From Gammaproteobacteria bacterium (GTDB taxonomy: Bacteria > Pseudomonadota > Gammaproteobacteria > Eutrophobiales > Eutrophobiaceae): 64,000 nucleotides of DNA. The stretch covers positions 153-64,152 of the forward strand of contig JAPPLI010000149.1 in assembly GCA_028819495.1 (NCBI GenBank), written 5' to 3'. Below the pieces are notes generated by a model that worked only from the letters and a program-made list of their open reading frames with translations, searched no databases and was not told the DNA's origin. How positions within the stretch are numbered: position 1 is the first letter of the stretch; the number at the start of each line of letters is the position of its first letter. Made by a program: the position numbers and the translations under genes. Positions 36,003 through 45,161 of the stretch are shown in pieces.

Positions 36003-37703
36003 CTAAAATGTAAACTTCAACTCAGTGAACAGCGAATCATTTCTCTGGAACTCGCCGAAAAATGAATCCAGGTTGCCGGAAATAACGTTGAGGCCGACAC
36101 GGGCAGTCAACTGAGCGTTGAAATTGTAGCCGACCAGGGCGCGCACCCACGACGCCCGTTGACGGTGGCCGAATTCATGCAGGCCGAACAGTTCCACGTG
36201 CAGTGTCTTGCCCGGCAGGAAGTCATTGAACATGAACAGGGTTGCGACATGTCGCGTGCGGTTACGGAGGCCGTTGAAACCGTTGGACGCGCCGCCGATG
36301 ATATACCCTCTGTCGCCGCAAAGCGGTTGTGCGGCGCAGGCCACAGAATCCAGGTGCGTAAACTGGCCGGGTGTCGGGTCGCGCAGGATTTCGTCACGCC
36401 AGATCTGGGCCGATACAAACCAGGGTGTCTTGAACAGGGTTCTGGGACCGATATAGAGATATTGGTCCAGACCTATCAGGGCGGTAACACTGTCGGCTGT
36501 GACTGTCTCAAGGTCCGGCTCATAAAAGCGTTGTCCGAAATTGTAGACGATCTCGCCGCGCATCACCGTGCCCGCGAGCTGGCCGGGCAGGAACTCCAGG
36601 GCCTTGTCAAAGGAGGCGCCAATCAAGTCGTAACGGTGGCGGGTAAAATCGATGCCTCCGCCAATTGCCCGTGGTCCGGCTATATCAAAAGCAAAACCTG
36701 CGTTTATGCGATTGCCAAGAATATAAAACGGGATATCCTCAAACAGGTGGCCGTAATGGAATGAATAGGTCATATCCGAGAACGGCCCGAGATCACCACC
36801 TGTACGCGCCCGCCAGCGCACAAAGACTTCAGATTTGTCGATGGCATCACCCTTATCCCAGGCATCGCCGTCGAAGAAATGCGGTTCACCGAACAGGTTG
36901 GCCGATACATTGATAACCTGGTCCGCAAAGTCCACAACTGCCAGGGTGTAGGGGTGTTGCCCCTCTCCTTCCGCCCAGAAACCGGGGAAACGGGCTGGCG
37001 TGTAGTCCCAGTTCCAGACCACCTGCAACTCCTTGGAGATACCCGGAAGCCACTCTACCCTGGACAGGTCATACTTTATATTCAACATGTCCTGCGGGAT
37101 CATGAAGCGCTCCTGCTCGAAGGTGAGCGGATTACGGAAGTTGCGCGGTGTTATGACATCCAGTACGGTCACGCCGTCGGAACGGCCCCAGGTCACTATC
37201 TGCCGGCCGGCCCGGATATGCAGCGGGTGATAATTGATATCCAGGTAGGCTTCACGGACCAGGGGGTCCCAACTGTCGTGCAGGCCGCTCTCCAGGTTAC
37301 TTTCCCAGTGTGTGGCAATGGAATTATCCTTGTCTTCGAGGTCATACATAGCGTCATAGTAGGCGCGTAACTTCAACACCGGTGTTATATTTTTAATACC
37401 CTTGTATACCATCTCGAGGCTCAACTCGGTACGCAGTGCATTAAGCGTATCGTACTCGGACCGGTTGCTCGGCGTGCCCAGTGCGCCCGGCCCAAGGAAA
37501 ACACCTGGCGCTACTGCGAGGGAAAACTCTCTGCCCTGGTCAGGCTTGCCGCCAATGCGGAAGTCGCCCAGTACAAAGACCTCTCCACTGACTTCAAAGT
37601 CTCCAAATTCATACCGGGCAGAACTTTCCCCCGACCACCCGGACAGCGCTACGGTAATTACAGATAAAAAGACTGTGAGATAACGTCGATTTGAATTAAT
37701 CAT
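36003..37703 (-). CDS. DUF1302-like outer-membrane beta-barrel protein
   Basis: It has a signal peptide (MINSNRRYLTVFLSVITVALSG), Tyr/Gly/Asp-rich beta-barrel character and a terminal KFTF. A GGAGGA Shine-Dalgarno sequence precedes the ATG at 37703. The family call comes from context and memory. Confidence 0.65.
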   Translation of the reverse strand: MINSNRRYLTVFLSVITVALSGWSGESSARYEFGDFEVSGEVFVLGDFRIGGKPDQGREFSLAVAPGVFLGPGALGTPSNRSEYDTLNALRTELSLEMVYKGIKNITPVLKLRAYYDAMYDLEDKDNSIATHWESNLESGLHDSWDPLVREAYLDINYHPLHIRAGRQIVTWGRSDGVTVLDVITPRNFRNPLTFEQERFMIPQDMLNIKYDLSRVEWLPGISKELQVVWNWDYTPARFPGFWAEGEGQHPYTLAVVDFADQVINVSANLFGEPHFFDGDAWDKGDAIDKSEVFVRWRARTGGDLGPFSDMTYSFHYGHLFEDIPFYILGNRINAGFAFDIAGPRAIGGGIDFTRHRYDLIGASFDKALEFLPGQLAGTVMRGEIVYNFGQRFYEPDLETVTADSVTALIGLDQYLYIGPRTLFKTPWFVSAQIWRDEILRDPTPGQFTHLDSVACAAQPLCGDRGYIIGGASNGFNGLRNRTRHVATLFMFNDFLPGKTLHVELFGLHEFGHRQRASWVRALVGYNFNAQLTARVGLNVISGNLDSFFGEFQRNDSLFTELKFTF

Positions 37704-37774
37704 GCCTGTTTCCTCCAATATAAGATTTAAGGCACCTCTAAAAGTTAGAGGTTCCATTTACAACATCCTCATAA

Positions 37775-40327
37775 TCATGCGCACTCCGCGCTAACCGAGT
37801 CGGATATGACCGCGCCAACACGATCATCTTTCGTCCGGGGTCCTCCCCCCTTGTCTTCCAGGTCCAGTCCACGCGTCAGAAAACCGGGTCGCAGCATGCT
37901 CCATACTACCGGGGCTGCGAAGAAGCTGAACAGAAACGTGGTCAGCAGGATAAGCGCCATGCTGAAACCAACATAACCAACGTAGAGCGGGACTATGGAA
38001 ACCGCCAGACAACCGGTAAAAAGTGCAGTAAATGAAAAGATCAAAGGCTCCCGAACCAGCGTAAAGGCGTCAAACAGGGCGCGTTTGAAATTTCCATCTT
38101 TCGAGAATTCTTCACGAAAGCGGTACAGGAGATAAACTTCCGCATCGATCCCGACACCGCTGGCGATAGCCAGCGCCGCGGTAACGTTTGAATTGAATTC
38201 GATCCCAATCAGGTGTATCAGGAACATCCAAATCAGGATGCCGATGGCAAGCGGGAACATCAGCAGCAGGGGGGCTATTACGGATCGCAACATCAATGCT
38301 GCTGCAATAAATGACCCTAACGCGCTGAACAAGGTGGCAAGCACCATCCATTTTTTGATGGAACGATTAAACGCATCCGCGATACCGACATTGCCTGCCG
38401 CCAGTTCCAACTCGACATTAAGCGCTTCGGTGTCCCAGTTTGCCTCCACGTACTCGTTCGCCCGCCGGATCAATGCCGCCACCGTACCCGGGCTGGTATC
38501 CCGCACGAAGGCAATGATTGCCGTGTTCCGGTACTCCGGGTCCACGACAAAGTCAAACGCGCCGGGCGTACCTCCCGTCAGGAAGTAGATAGCCTCGTTC
38601 ACCGCCATTTGCGCACGGCCTTCAGTCGGGACCCTGAAATGCTCGTCCTGGTCCTCATTCAGGAACCGGTTCATGATCTTGATATAGAAGGGCAGGCCGA
38701 CGACCGCCGACACCTGTTCCGCCTCGGCCAGGTGCCGGGAAAGGTCATCCATCGCAACCAGGGCCTCCGGGGTCTTGGCGTCGCCGGGGTTTTTGCCTTT
38801 GGCAAGAATGGCGAGCGTGTAGACGCCGCCGAACAACCGGGTGATCTCCTGTTCCATCTCGTAGAGTTCATTACCCTCCCAGGATTTAGTCAGGTAGTTA
38901 TGCACGGCGTACGTATTGTTCTGGCCGGTACTGATCTCAGTGGCGAGAAAACGCCCGATTGCAGTATCCTTGCCCAGGGGTATCGATTGCCAGATACTCA
39001 ACGAGATCACCAGCACAAAACCGGTCAGGCAAATCACGGTCCATTGCATGGTGGGGTTGTAAATGAGCGGCCGCACCATGACCGCCGTGGTCCTGTAGAT
39101 CAAACCGCGCTGCGTTTTGCGTCCTACCTGGGCGTATGTCATGGCCTTGCGTATGCTCGCGGCAGGCATGTATGACAGCAGCGCCACCAGGAATGTCGGC
39201 ACAATGACGATGATTGCCAGCAGCCCGAATGCGGTGACCTGGCCCAGGACCCGGACATTGTCGAAAGGAACAAACGAAAGCACGACAAATGCCATCAGGT
39301 CGGTACAGAGCACCACGATCAACGGGCGCGTCATATGTATGAGAGTCTGCTCCAGTCCCTCCGGCACTGACCGTTCTTCGTCCAGTTCGTCGGTCAAAAA
39401 GCGCTTGATAAACAAGACGCTGTGAGATGCCGCCACTGCCAGTATGATGAAAGGCGCAATCAGTGCGGCTGACGAAGTGAGCACGTCGCCTGCAAAAATG
39501 CGCTGAAATGCAAAAGCCCAGGTCGAAGCCATGACTCCCACGCAAAGCGGCGGGAGAACGCCTGTGACCGACCTGAAGGCGAAGATCAGCACGATCGCGA
39601 TTACCGTTACCACCAGGATGAAGGCGCCCAGGATATAGGGCAGGCCGTCACTGTTAACCCATCCAATCAGAATGGGGGAACCGGCTGCCGTAACGTCATG
39701 CGTCCCGTCGTTCTCCGTGCCGATAATTCTCTGCACCTCCTTGTAGATGGCGATCGGGTCCGTTACCGGCAGTTCAAGTCCTTCACGCACGTCCTGCAGT
39801 CCGGTTCTGAAATCCGCCTGGATGATCGCTGCGGACCAGTCCTTCGAGACCAGTGCGCCTCTCAGCGCCGCGTTATTCTCGATTCCGAAGCGCACCCGCG
39901 CAAGCTCTTCCGCCGTTTCGGGCGCGCGGTTCGGGTTATCGAAAAGGATACTTGCATCAAGCAACTCTGCAGTGCCTTTGAGATAGCGGGAATTGATGGT
40001 GGAAAGTGAGCGTATCGCATAAGGGATCACACCATGGACTTCCTCGAGCTGGTCGGTAATTCTCTTTATTTTTGCCAGTGTGTCTGCCTGTACGATACTC
40101 TCGCCATCCTTGCGCGCGATCATGATGGTTACCAGGTTCGCGCCCCCGAACTTGCGTTGCAGTTCTTCATTGAGGACAACAGACGGGTCGTCATCGGGAG
40201 GCCAGCGATTCGGGTCATCGTAAATCTTCAGACCGGACGCAAGCCACGCAGAGCCAGCTGTGACAAGCAGCGTCACAACCAGCATGCAGGCGCGATATCG
40301 AACCAGAAATGAAGACAGGCGTTCCAT
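37775..40327 (-). CDS. RND-superfamily (MMPL/HAE3-like) inner-membrane transporter
   Basis: 850 aa, with two blocks of about 6 TM helices each separated by large periplasmic loops. Confidence 0.8.
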   Translation of the reverse strand: MERLSSFLVRYRACMLVVTLLVTAGSAWLASGLKIYDDPNRWPPDDDPSVVLNEELQRKFGGANLVTIMIARKDGESIVQADTLAKIKRITDQLEEVHGVIPYAIRSLSTINSRYLKGTAELLDASILFDNPNRAPETAEELARVRFGIENNAALRGALVSKDWSAAIIQADFRTGLQDVREGLELPVTDPIAIYKEVQRIIGTENDGTHDVTAAGSPILIGWVNSDGLPYILGAFILVVTVIAIVLIFAFRSVTGVLPPLCVGVMASTWAFAFQRIFAGDVLTSSAALIAPFIILAVAASHSVLFIKRFLTDELDEERSVPEGLEQTLIHMTRPLIVVLCTDLMAFVVLSFVPFDNVRVLGQVTAFGLLAIIVIVPTFLVALLSYMPAASIRKAMTYAQVGRKTQRGLIYRTTAVMVRPLIYNPTMQWTVICLTGFVLVISLSIWQSIPLGKDTAIGRFLATEISTGQNNTYAVHNYLTKSWEGNELYEMEQEITRLFGGVYTLAILAKGKNPGDAKTPEALVAMDDLSRHLAEAEQVSAVVGLPFYIKIMNRFLNEDQDEHFRVPTEGRAQMAVNEAIYFLTGGTPGAFDFVVDPEYRNTAIIAFVRDTSPGTVAALIRRANEYVEANWDTEALNVELELAAGNVGIADAFNRSIKKWMVLATLFSALGSFIAAALMLRSVIAPLLLMFPLAIGILIWMFLIHLIGIEFNSNVTAALAIASGVGIDAEVYLLYRFREEFSKDGNFKRALFDAFTLVREPLIFSFTALFTGCLAVSIVPLYVGYVGFSMALILLTTFLFSFFAAPVVWSMLRPGFLTRGLDLEDKGGGPRTKDDRVGAVISDSVSAECA

Positions 40328-40372
40328 CCTATGCCATACCGTCAGTTATGGATGAGAATAAAGGGTGATTGC

Positions 40373-41560
40373 TTATTCCCAGAACAGTATTTTGCGAACC
40401 GGTTCTTTGCTGAGATTGTCCAGACTCACGATGTCCCGGGGCATCTCGTCGTAATTAATCCAGAACGTGTTCATATACCAGTCCATCCGAAAACCGCTCT
40501 TCGGCTCATAAAAGTACTCGCCCGCCCAGATCATCTGCCAGTCTTCAAGCAAATCGTTGGCATTCTGTAACCGGGGATCGGTATTTGCAATCGCCCTGCG
40601 GTTTACCCGTGTCCGGATTAACTCGCCATTGGAGTCAAACACCTCCTCATACCAGCTACTGCCTGTCTTGATACCGATAATGCGGCGCTGTTTGGCGTAC
40701 CAGTACGATTTGGAATGCGGCGTCATCTCAAGGATGTAGGAAGGTTCACAGACCCCGTCCAGACCCACGTTGACTTCTTCACCCTTGGTTTCCGTCGTGA
40801 AGCCCATGGTGCCTTCAGGCTGGCCTGCGTAGAGCGTATGGCCGACTACCGCGTAATCGACATCGGGAAAGGGTTTGACCTGGGGGAAGTCTTCCCAGCG
40901 TACGATAGTGCCGGGAATGATGTCCTGGCGCGCCGCCTGGGGCAACCGGCGCACGCGCCGCGCGGCCGGGAGGTAGAGGAATTCATCGTTGAATGCCTCT
41001 CCGTGGTAGATGGTTGTGGACATGCCGAGCCCGCGGAAGTCGTTGGGCGCCACAAAGGTAAACATATATTGAGCACGCACCTTCTCCGCCATACTCTTCG
41101 GCAGTCCGTCCGGGTTCAACCGGTATGCGATCATCCATTCAAACAGCCGCTTGTCACGTATGGTGCCGTTCGGGGATATGAGGTCAATGGACCATTCCGT
41201 GATGTAATTATCCCCGAACTCGTTGAAGTAAAGCGCCGTGTAGGAGCGGTCATGGATTTCGCTGCCGTCCTGCTTGACGCGCTCTTCCACTGATATCTCC
41301 CACGGATAGGGAAGTCCCGGTTGTGTCCAGCGGTCATATATGTCAGGCCCGATCTCCTTGTAGGCAGAGTTATGCCAGGGCTGTGGTTTCCAATTCACCG
41401 TCTCGTCACCCCATTTGCAGACGTATGTGCCGGGTTCAGCGCCCGGGCTTATGGAATACGACTTATCCAGTATCTTTTCCTCAGCTGATGCACCCGGCAA
41501 AAAAAACGATAACAGCAAAAAGATTGAGCCTAAGGGGAATACGCGGTTCATCGATTTCAT
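40373..41560 (-). CDS. DUF1329-like / LolA-like periplasmic or outer-membrane lipoprotein-sorting-type protein
   Basis: It has a signal peptide MKSMNRVFPLGSIFLLLSFFLPGASA after a GGAGGG Shine-Dalgarno sequence. It is about 395 aa and partners with the RND and DUF1302-like genes. The family call is tentative. Confidence 0.55.
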   Translation of the reverse strand: MKSMNRVFPLGSIFLLLSFFLPGASAEEKILDKSYSISPGAEPGTYVCKWGDETVNWKPQPWHNSAYKEIGPDIYDRWTQPGLPYPWEISVEERVKQDGSEIHDRSYTALYFNEFGDNYITEWSIDLISPNGTIRDKRLFEWMIAYRLNPDGLPKSMAEKVRAQYMFTFVAPNDFRGLGMSTTIYHGEAFNDEFLYLPAARRVRRLPQAARQDIIPGTIVRWEDFPQVKPFPDVDYAVVGHTLYAGQPEGTMGFTTETKGEEVNVGLDGVCEPSYILEMTPHSKSYWYAKQRRIIGIKTGSSWYEEVFDSNGELIRTRVNRRAIANTDPRLQNANDLLEDWQMIWAGEYFYEPKSGFRMDWYMNTFWINYDEMPRDIVSLDNLSKEPVRKILFWE

Positions 41561-41694
41561 GAGACACCCTCCAATTTGAACATGGAAAAAACACAACTTT
41601 TACGGCGAAAATCCGACTCTGCATATATCGCTCTAGCCTCGAGACAAACTCGCAGTCGCCTTTCACCGAATATAATCCGTCAATCACAAATCTT

Positions 41695-41708
41695 ATTAAT
41701 CGTTTCTA
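41695..41708. promoter_or_regulatory. candidate LacI-type operator half-palindrome ATTAATCGTTTCTA
   Basis: It contains the CGTTTCTA core shared with the sites at 41720, 41833, 44767, 44845, 45049 and 54689. It lies upstream of the DUF1329-RND-DUF1302 array. Confidence 0.45.
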
Positions 41709-41719
41709 CGTACCATGAA

Positions 41720-41733
41720 GTGTAACGTTTCTA
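41720..41733. promoter_or_regulatory. candidate LacI-type operator GTGTAACGTTTCTA
   Basis: It has the same CGTTTCTA core, 25 nt from the previous site. Confidence 0.45.
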
Positions 41734-41832
41734 TTCAAAACAAAGCAAGCAAGCTTTTTCAGTTAAATTATAGGACAAATGATTTGCAGTTTTCTTAATT
41801 ATTCTTAAATTAAGCGATTATTATACAAAAAA

Positions 41833-41846
41833 AATAATCGTTTCTT
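41833..41846. promoter_or_regulatory. candidate LacI-type operator AATAATCGTTTCTT
   Basis: It has the same core with one mismatch and lies just downstream of the lacI-family gene stop. Confidence 0.35.
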
Positions 41847-41888
41847 ATTACTCCGACCACTCACCTGTCTTGACTTGTTGATTATGTT

Positions 41889-42911
41889 TTATTTCGGTTT
41901 TGAGGTAGATTCACGAACAACCAGTTCAACGGGATGAGGCCTGAGCAAGTCCGGGTTTTCTCTGCCCTGAACCATGCTGATCAATAATTCTGCTGCCCTC
42001 ATACCCATTTCATGGGCTGGCTGTCGAACTGTAGTCAGTCTGGGAGTGAGTAATTGTACTGTGGGTATATCGTCAAAGCCGACAATACTCACGTCACCCG
42101 GCACATCTATTGCGTTTGCCCTGCAATACTCAAGCGCTCCGATCGCCATCAAATCGTTGGCGCACAACACCGCAGTCGGACGCTGTGGTTCCGGCACGTC
42201 CAGAAATACTCTGGCCAGTTCATAACCGGAATTCATTTCATAATCGCCCACCAGGACGCTCATTTCATCGGGGTCAATGCCCCCCAAAGCCAGACCCTCG
42301 CGGTAACCGGAAAGACGCTGCTCTGCAGTCCAATGGGTTGTCGGACCGGCAATACATGCGATTCGTCGGTGTCCAAGTTTTATGACATGGGCTGCCACGT
42401 CTCGGGACCCGCGCCGCCCATCTGCGACAACGGCCGGCAAGTCAAGACCGGGAATACGTTCATCGACGAGGACAACCGGCCCAAGCGACTGGAGTTCAAG
42501 GAGAGACCTGGGGGATTCATGGAACCCGCTTTCGTATATGACGCCATCTACACGCCTGCTACGCAGAAGTCTGGCATTACCGAATTCCGCTTCCTCGGAA
42601 TTTTCCGCGCTGCAAAGCACAACCAGCATGTCATGCATTGCAGCAGCCTGCACCACCCCTCGGGCAAGACGGCTGAAAAACTCATTCATGAGGTCTGGAA
42701 CAACAAGGCCAATGGTCGAAGCCGACTGTCGTTTCAGGCTCCGGGCTGATTCATTCGGGATATAATCCAAAGCCCGGACGGCATTGAGAACCCTCGCTCT
42801 TCGTTCTGCACTGACTTGCCCATTATTATTCAGGACGTAACTGACTGTGCTGACTGATACCCGAGCCTGCTCAGCGACGTCTTTCATCGTGGGACGCTGG
42901 TTTTGTTTCAT
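41889..42911 (-). CDS. LacI-family transcriptional regulator
   Basis: It has the N-terminal helix-turn-helix MKDVAEQARVSVSTVSYVLNN and a periplasmic-binding-fold effector domain. The start ATG at 42909-42911 overlaps the upstream stop (ATGA). Confidence 0.9.
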   Translation of the reverse strand: MKQNQRPTMKDVAEQARVSVSTVSYVLNNNGQVSAERRARVLNAVRALDYIPNESARSLKRQSASTIGLVVPDLMNEFFSRLARGVVQAAAMHDMLVVLCSAENSEEAEFGNARLLRSRRVDGVIYESGFHESPRSLLELQSLGPVVLVDERIPGLDLPAVVADGRRGSRDVAAHVIKLGHRRIACIAGPTTHWTAEQRLSGYREGLALGGIDPDEMSVLVGDYEMNSGYELARVFLDVPEPQRPTAVLCANDLMAIGALEYCRANAIDVPGDVSIVGFDDIPTVQLLTPRLTTVRQPAHEMGMRAAELLISMVQGRENPDLLRPHPVELVVRESTSKPK

Positions 42912-43687
42912 ATGGAGACCTGGCTTCCAGCTGCCCAGGACACGATGGATGACCAGAGTTCGGCATAGCAAGGCCAGTTTACAAACTCAGGTGGAGCCCA
43001 GTGCGGAGCGACGTCGGAAGCGAATGCCACACTGCGACCACGTCCCACTTCCCCGACCACAAGCAGAGGATCGTCGCCAGATGCCGCAATAACCGTAGTC
43101 CCGGGTTTGGCTTTCAGTTTATTGTAGCCAAGCAGTATCGGCCAGTCGGCAGGTGTGCCTCCAAGCGCCGGGTGACCGGGATTGGGAAATGTAGCCACGA
43201 GGCCCTCAGGGACCTCAACCCTGTCATCGCGGTCCAGCATTATGACGGGCAGGACCGAGGCCAGCGGGCTGGCCTGATAACGCGCCCGCCCGTCGATGCC
43301 GGAGAAAGACATGTAGCCCCCGGCCATAAGTAGGCCGCCCCCTCCTTCGACATAGTCTGCCAGCAGTACCAGGCGATTTGTCGTGCGCTCGGAGCGCTGG
43401 AATGTTTCATCGCACAGCAGGAAGGAGTTGGACCCGATATCGCTCAGAATCACAACATTGAAGGTGTCGAGTTCTTCCCTGGTCACGGGAAAACGGCTGG
43501 AAACTTCATGTGCCCGGATATACGTAACATTGAAGCCGGCATTTTCCAGGGCAGCCAGGAAAACCCCGGCGCCTTCCTCGTATTCAGTCGTATGAAACTG
43601 GTCGAACCCTTTCAGGTGCACCGTGTGCTTAATCCAGGATTCACCTACTACCAGTACGCTGAGCGGAGAACTCGTTTCTGAATTCAT
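42908..43687 (-). CDS. class-I glutamine-amidotransferase-like fold protein (putative, DUF1355/GATase1_like-type)
   Basis: 259 aa. The pattern VLVVGESW...VVILSDIGSNSF...GGGLLMAGGYMSF is reminiscent of the GATase1-like family. The call is tentative. Confidence 0.45.
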   Translation of the reverse strand: MNSETSSPLSVLVVGESWIKHTVHLKGFDQFHTTEYEEGAGVFLAALENAGFNVTYIRAHEVSSRFPVTREELDTFNVVILSDIGSNSFLLCDETFQRSERTTNRLVLLADYVEGGGGLLMAGGYMSFSGIDGRARYQASPLASVLPVIMLDRDDRVEVPEGLVATFPNPGHPALGGTPADWPILLGYNKLKAKPGTTVIAASGDDPLLVVGEVGRGRSVAFASDVAPHWAPPEFVNWPCYAELWSSIVSWAAGSQVSI

Positions 43688-43754
43688 ATCGACTATCCCT
43701 CCATCTGGTCGCCTGAAGCAGCCGTTTTACCGGCATCAAGCGGGTTTAACCATG

Positions 43755-44276
43755 TCAAAGCAACCGGTTGGTCACAAATTCAGGCAAGACCCGGGCTTCC
43801 GGCACCTGTGGGAGCGCAACTTCTCGCATGTCCCAACCGACCATTTTTTCCGCTATTAATTCGTAAACCTGTCTGCCTGAAGCGACGCGATATTTAAAAT
43901 AACTCTCAGCATAAGGATGGCCGGTGTAAAAATACTTTTCAAATACCAGTTCGTCGACCAGGTCCACTAACCCGGGATCAGACACCTGTTTCATGGTGCC
44001 GTGAATCCGCACCCCATGAACCGTAGCATACTCATCACCGGAATCGACAAGCGCCGTCAGGGGTCTGCCTGCCTGAACATTGTCGGCATGGCGCCCGGCA
44101 GCATCTACCGGCAGGAGAATCCGCTTCTCATGCACAACGTAGTATAACGGAGACATATAAATTGATTCGTCCTCATTTGTAGTTGCTATCCGGATGGTTT
44201 TCTGGCGCGAGAGATAGGCCCAGCGTTTATTGCCGCGCAGGGGCAGGAAGGTACTGGGAGTGATTTCTTGACTCAT
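43755..44276 (-). CDS. pyridoxamine-5'-phosphate-oxidase-family (FMN-binding split-barrel) protein
   Basis: I moved the start to MSQEITPS (ATG 44274-44276). The sequence IRIATTNEDESIYMSPLYYVV is typical of the PNPOx-like fold. Confidence 0.6.
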   Translation of the reverse strand: MSQEITPSTFLPLRGNKRWAYLSRQKTIRIATTNEDESIYMSPLYYVVHEKRILLPVDAAGRHADNVQAGRPLTALVDSGDEYATVHGVRIHGTMKQVSDPGLVDLVDELVFEKYFYTGHPYAESYFKYRVASGRQVYELIAEKMVGWDMREVALPQVPEARVLPEFVTNRLL

Positions 44277-44277
44277 G

Positions 44278-44742
44278 TTATTTTCCTCCGTTACGCAGGG
44301 ATTTGAGTTCCTCGCTGAACTCGGGAACTTCCACCAAGCCATACCGGGGCGACGGACCGCTGGTCCAGAAAAACATGGTTTTTACACCGGTAGCTTCAAG
44401 GGTGTATTTATATCCTCCGGGAAGGTAGATATGCTCGCCGACCCCCGCTTCAAGATAGACGACACGGCCTTCGGCGTCTTCAACCTTTAGACGGATTTTT
44501 CCCTCCAGGCAGTAGTGGGTTTCATCAAAATTTGCCTGGTCCCAGTGGTAATCATCATGGTCAGGTTCCTGGTAACAATATCCGTGACGAAAGTGCCGCG
44601 CATCGTCACGTTCCTGGGAGAGGAAGATATTGGTCCCGATCCCTTTTGCGAAAGGCAACCTGGGCATCGCATGTATTTCTTCTGCGTTGACGACGCGGGG
44701 GTATCTCATCGAGCCGTCATCATAAGTGCTGTAGTTGGTCAT
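44278..44742 (-). CDS. cupin-domain protein
   Basis: 154 aa. It has cupin-like beta-strand blocks (HYCLEGKIRLKV...GEHIYLPGGYKY) and a GGAGGAG Shine-Dalgarno sequence upstream. Confidence 0.6.
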   Translation of the reverse strand: MTNYSTYDDGSMRYPRVVNAEEIHAMPRLPFAKGIGTNIFLSQERDDARHFRHGYCYQEPDHDDYHWDQANFDETHYCLEGKIRLKVEDAEGRVVYLEAGVGEHIYLPGGYKYTLEATGVKTMFFWTSGPSPRYGLVEVPEFSEELKSLRNGGK

Positions 44743-44766
44743 TTTGTCTCCTCCGATTACAGAATA

Positions 44767-44780
44767 CAGGATCGTTTCTC
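44767..44780. promoter_or_regulatory. candidate LacI-type operator CAGGATCGTTTCTC
   Basis: It has the shared core and lies 25 nt upstream of the cupin gene start. Confidence 0.35.
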
Positions 44781-44844
44781 ATCATACACCGCTCAAGTGG
44801 AACGTTGTGTCGCCTCACGGCCGGGTTTTTTTGCGGAGCACGAC

Positions 44845-44858
44845 TAGATTCGTTTATA
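44845..44858. promoter_or_regulatory. candidate LacI-type operator TAGATTCGTTTATA
   Basis: It matches TAGAAnCGnTTCTA at 12 of 14 positions. Confidence 0.4.
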
Positions 44859-45048
44859 CACTAGACTAGTGAGCAGCAGTCGTCAAGGTAATTATTCCGA
44901 CATATTTAGTGCCTGTTATCCGGCATAAGCAGATATAATCGTTTTTTTTTAACAAGTTACACGGCGTCAATAATTTAAATATCGGATAATTTATTTCGCC
45001 CGCCGGTTTTTTTCATATTGGGAAAAACTCCAGGTTGATATGTAATAT

Positions 45049-45062
45049 TAGAAACGTTACTA
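45049..45062. promoter_or_regulatory. candidate LacI-type operator TAGAAACGTTACTA
   Basis: It matches TAGAAnCGnTTCTA at 13 of 14 positions and lies about 100 nt upstream of nadV. Confidence 0.5.
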
Positions 45063-45161
45063 TTTCCGAATAAATGATTTTGCAGTTACCATAAGCCAAT
45101 AACCTGTTATATGAGAACTTAATCACGTCATCCATAACTCATCCATTACAAGGAGACAGAA

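Noticed and set aside
44826-45013. Three long T-tracts (44826-44832, 44942-44950, 45007-45013) as rho-independent terminators.
   Set aside because: I could not find a convincing GC-rich stem immediately upstream of any of them. No upstream gene reads into them on the plus strand. They are more likely AT-tract promoter or UP-element DNA.
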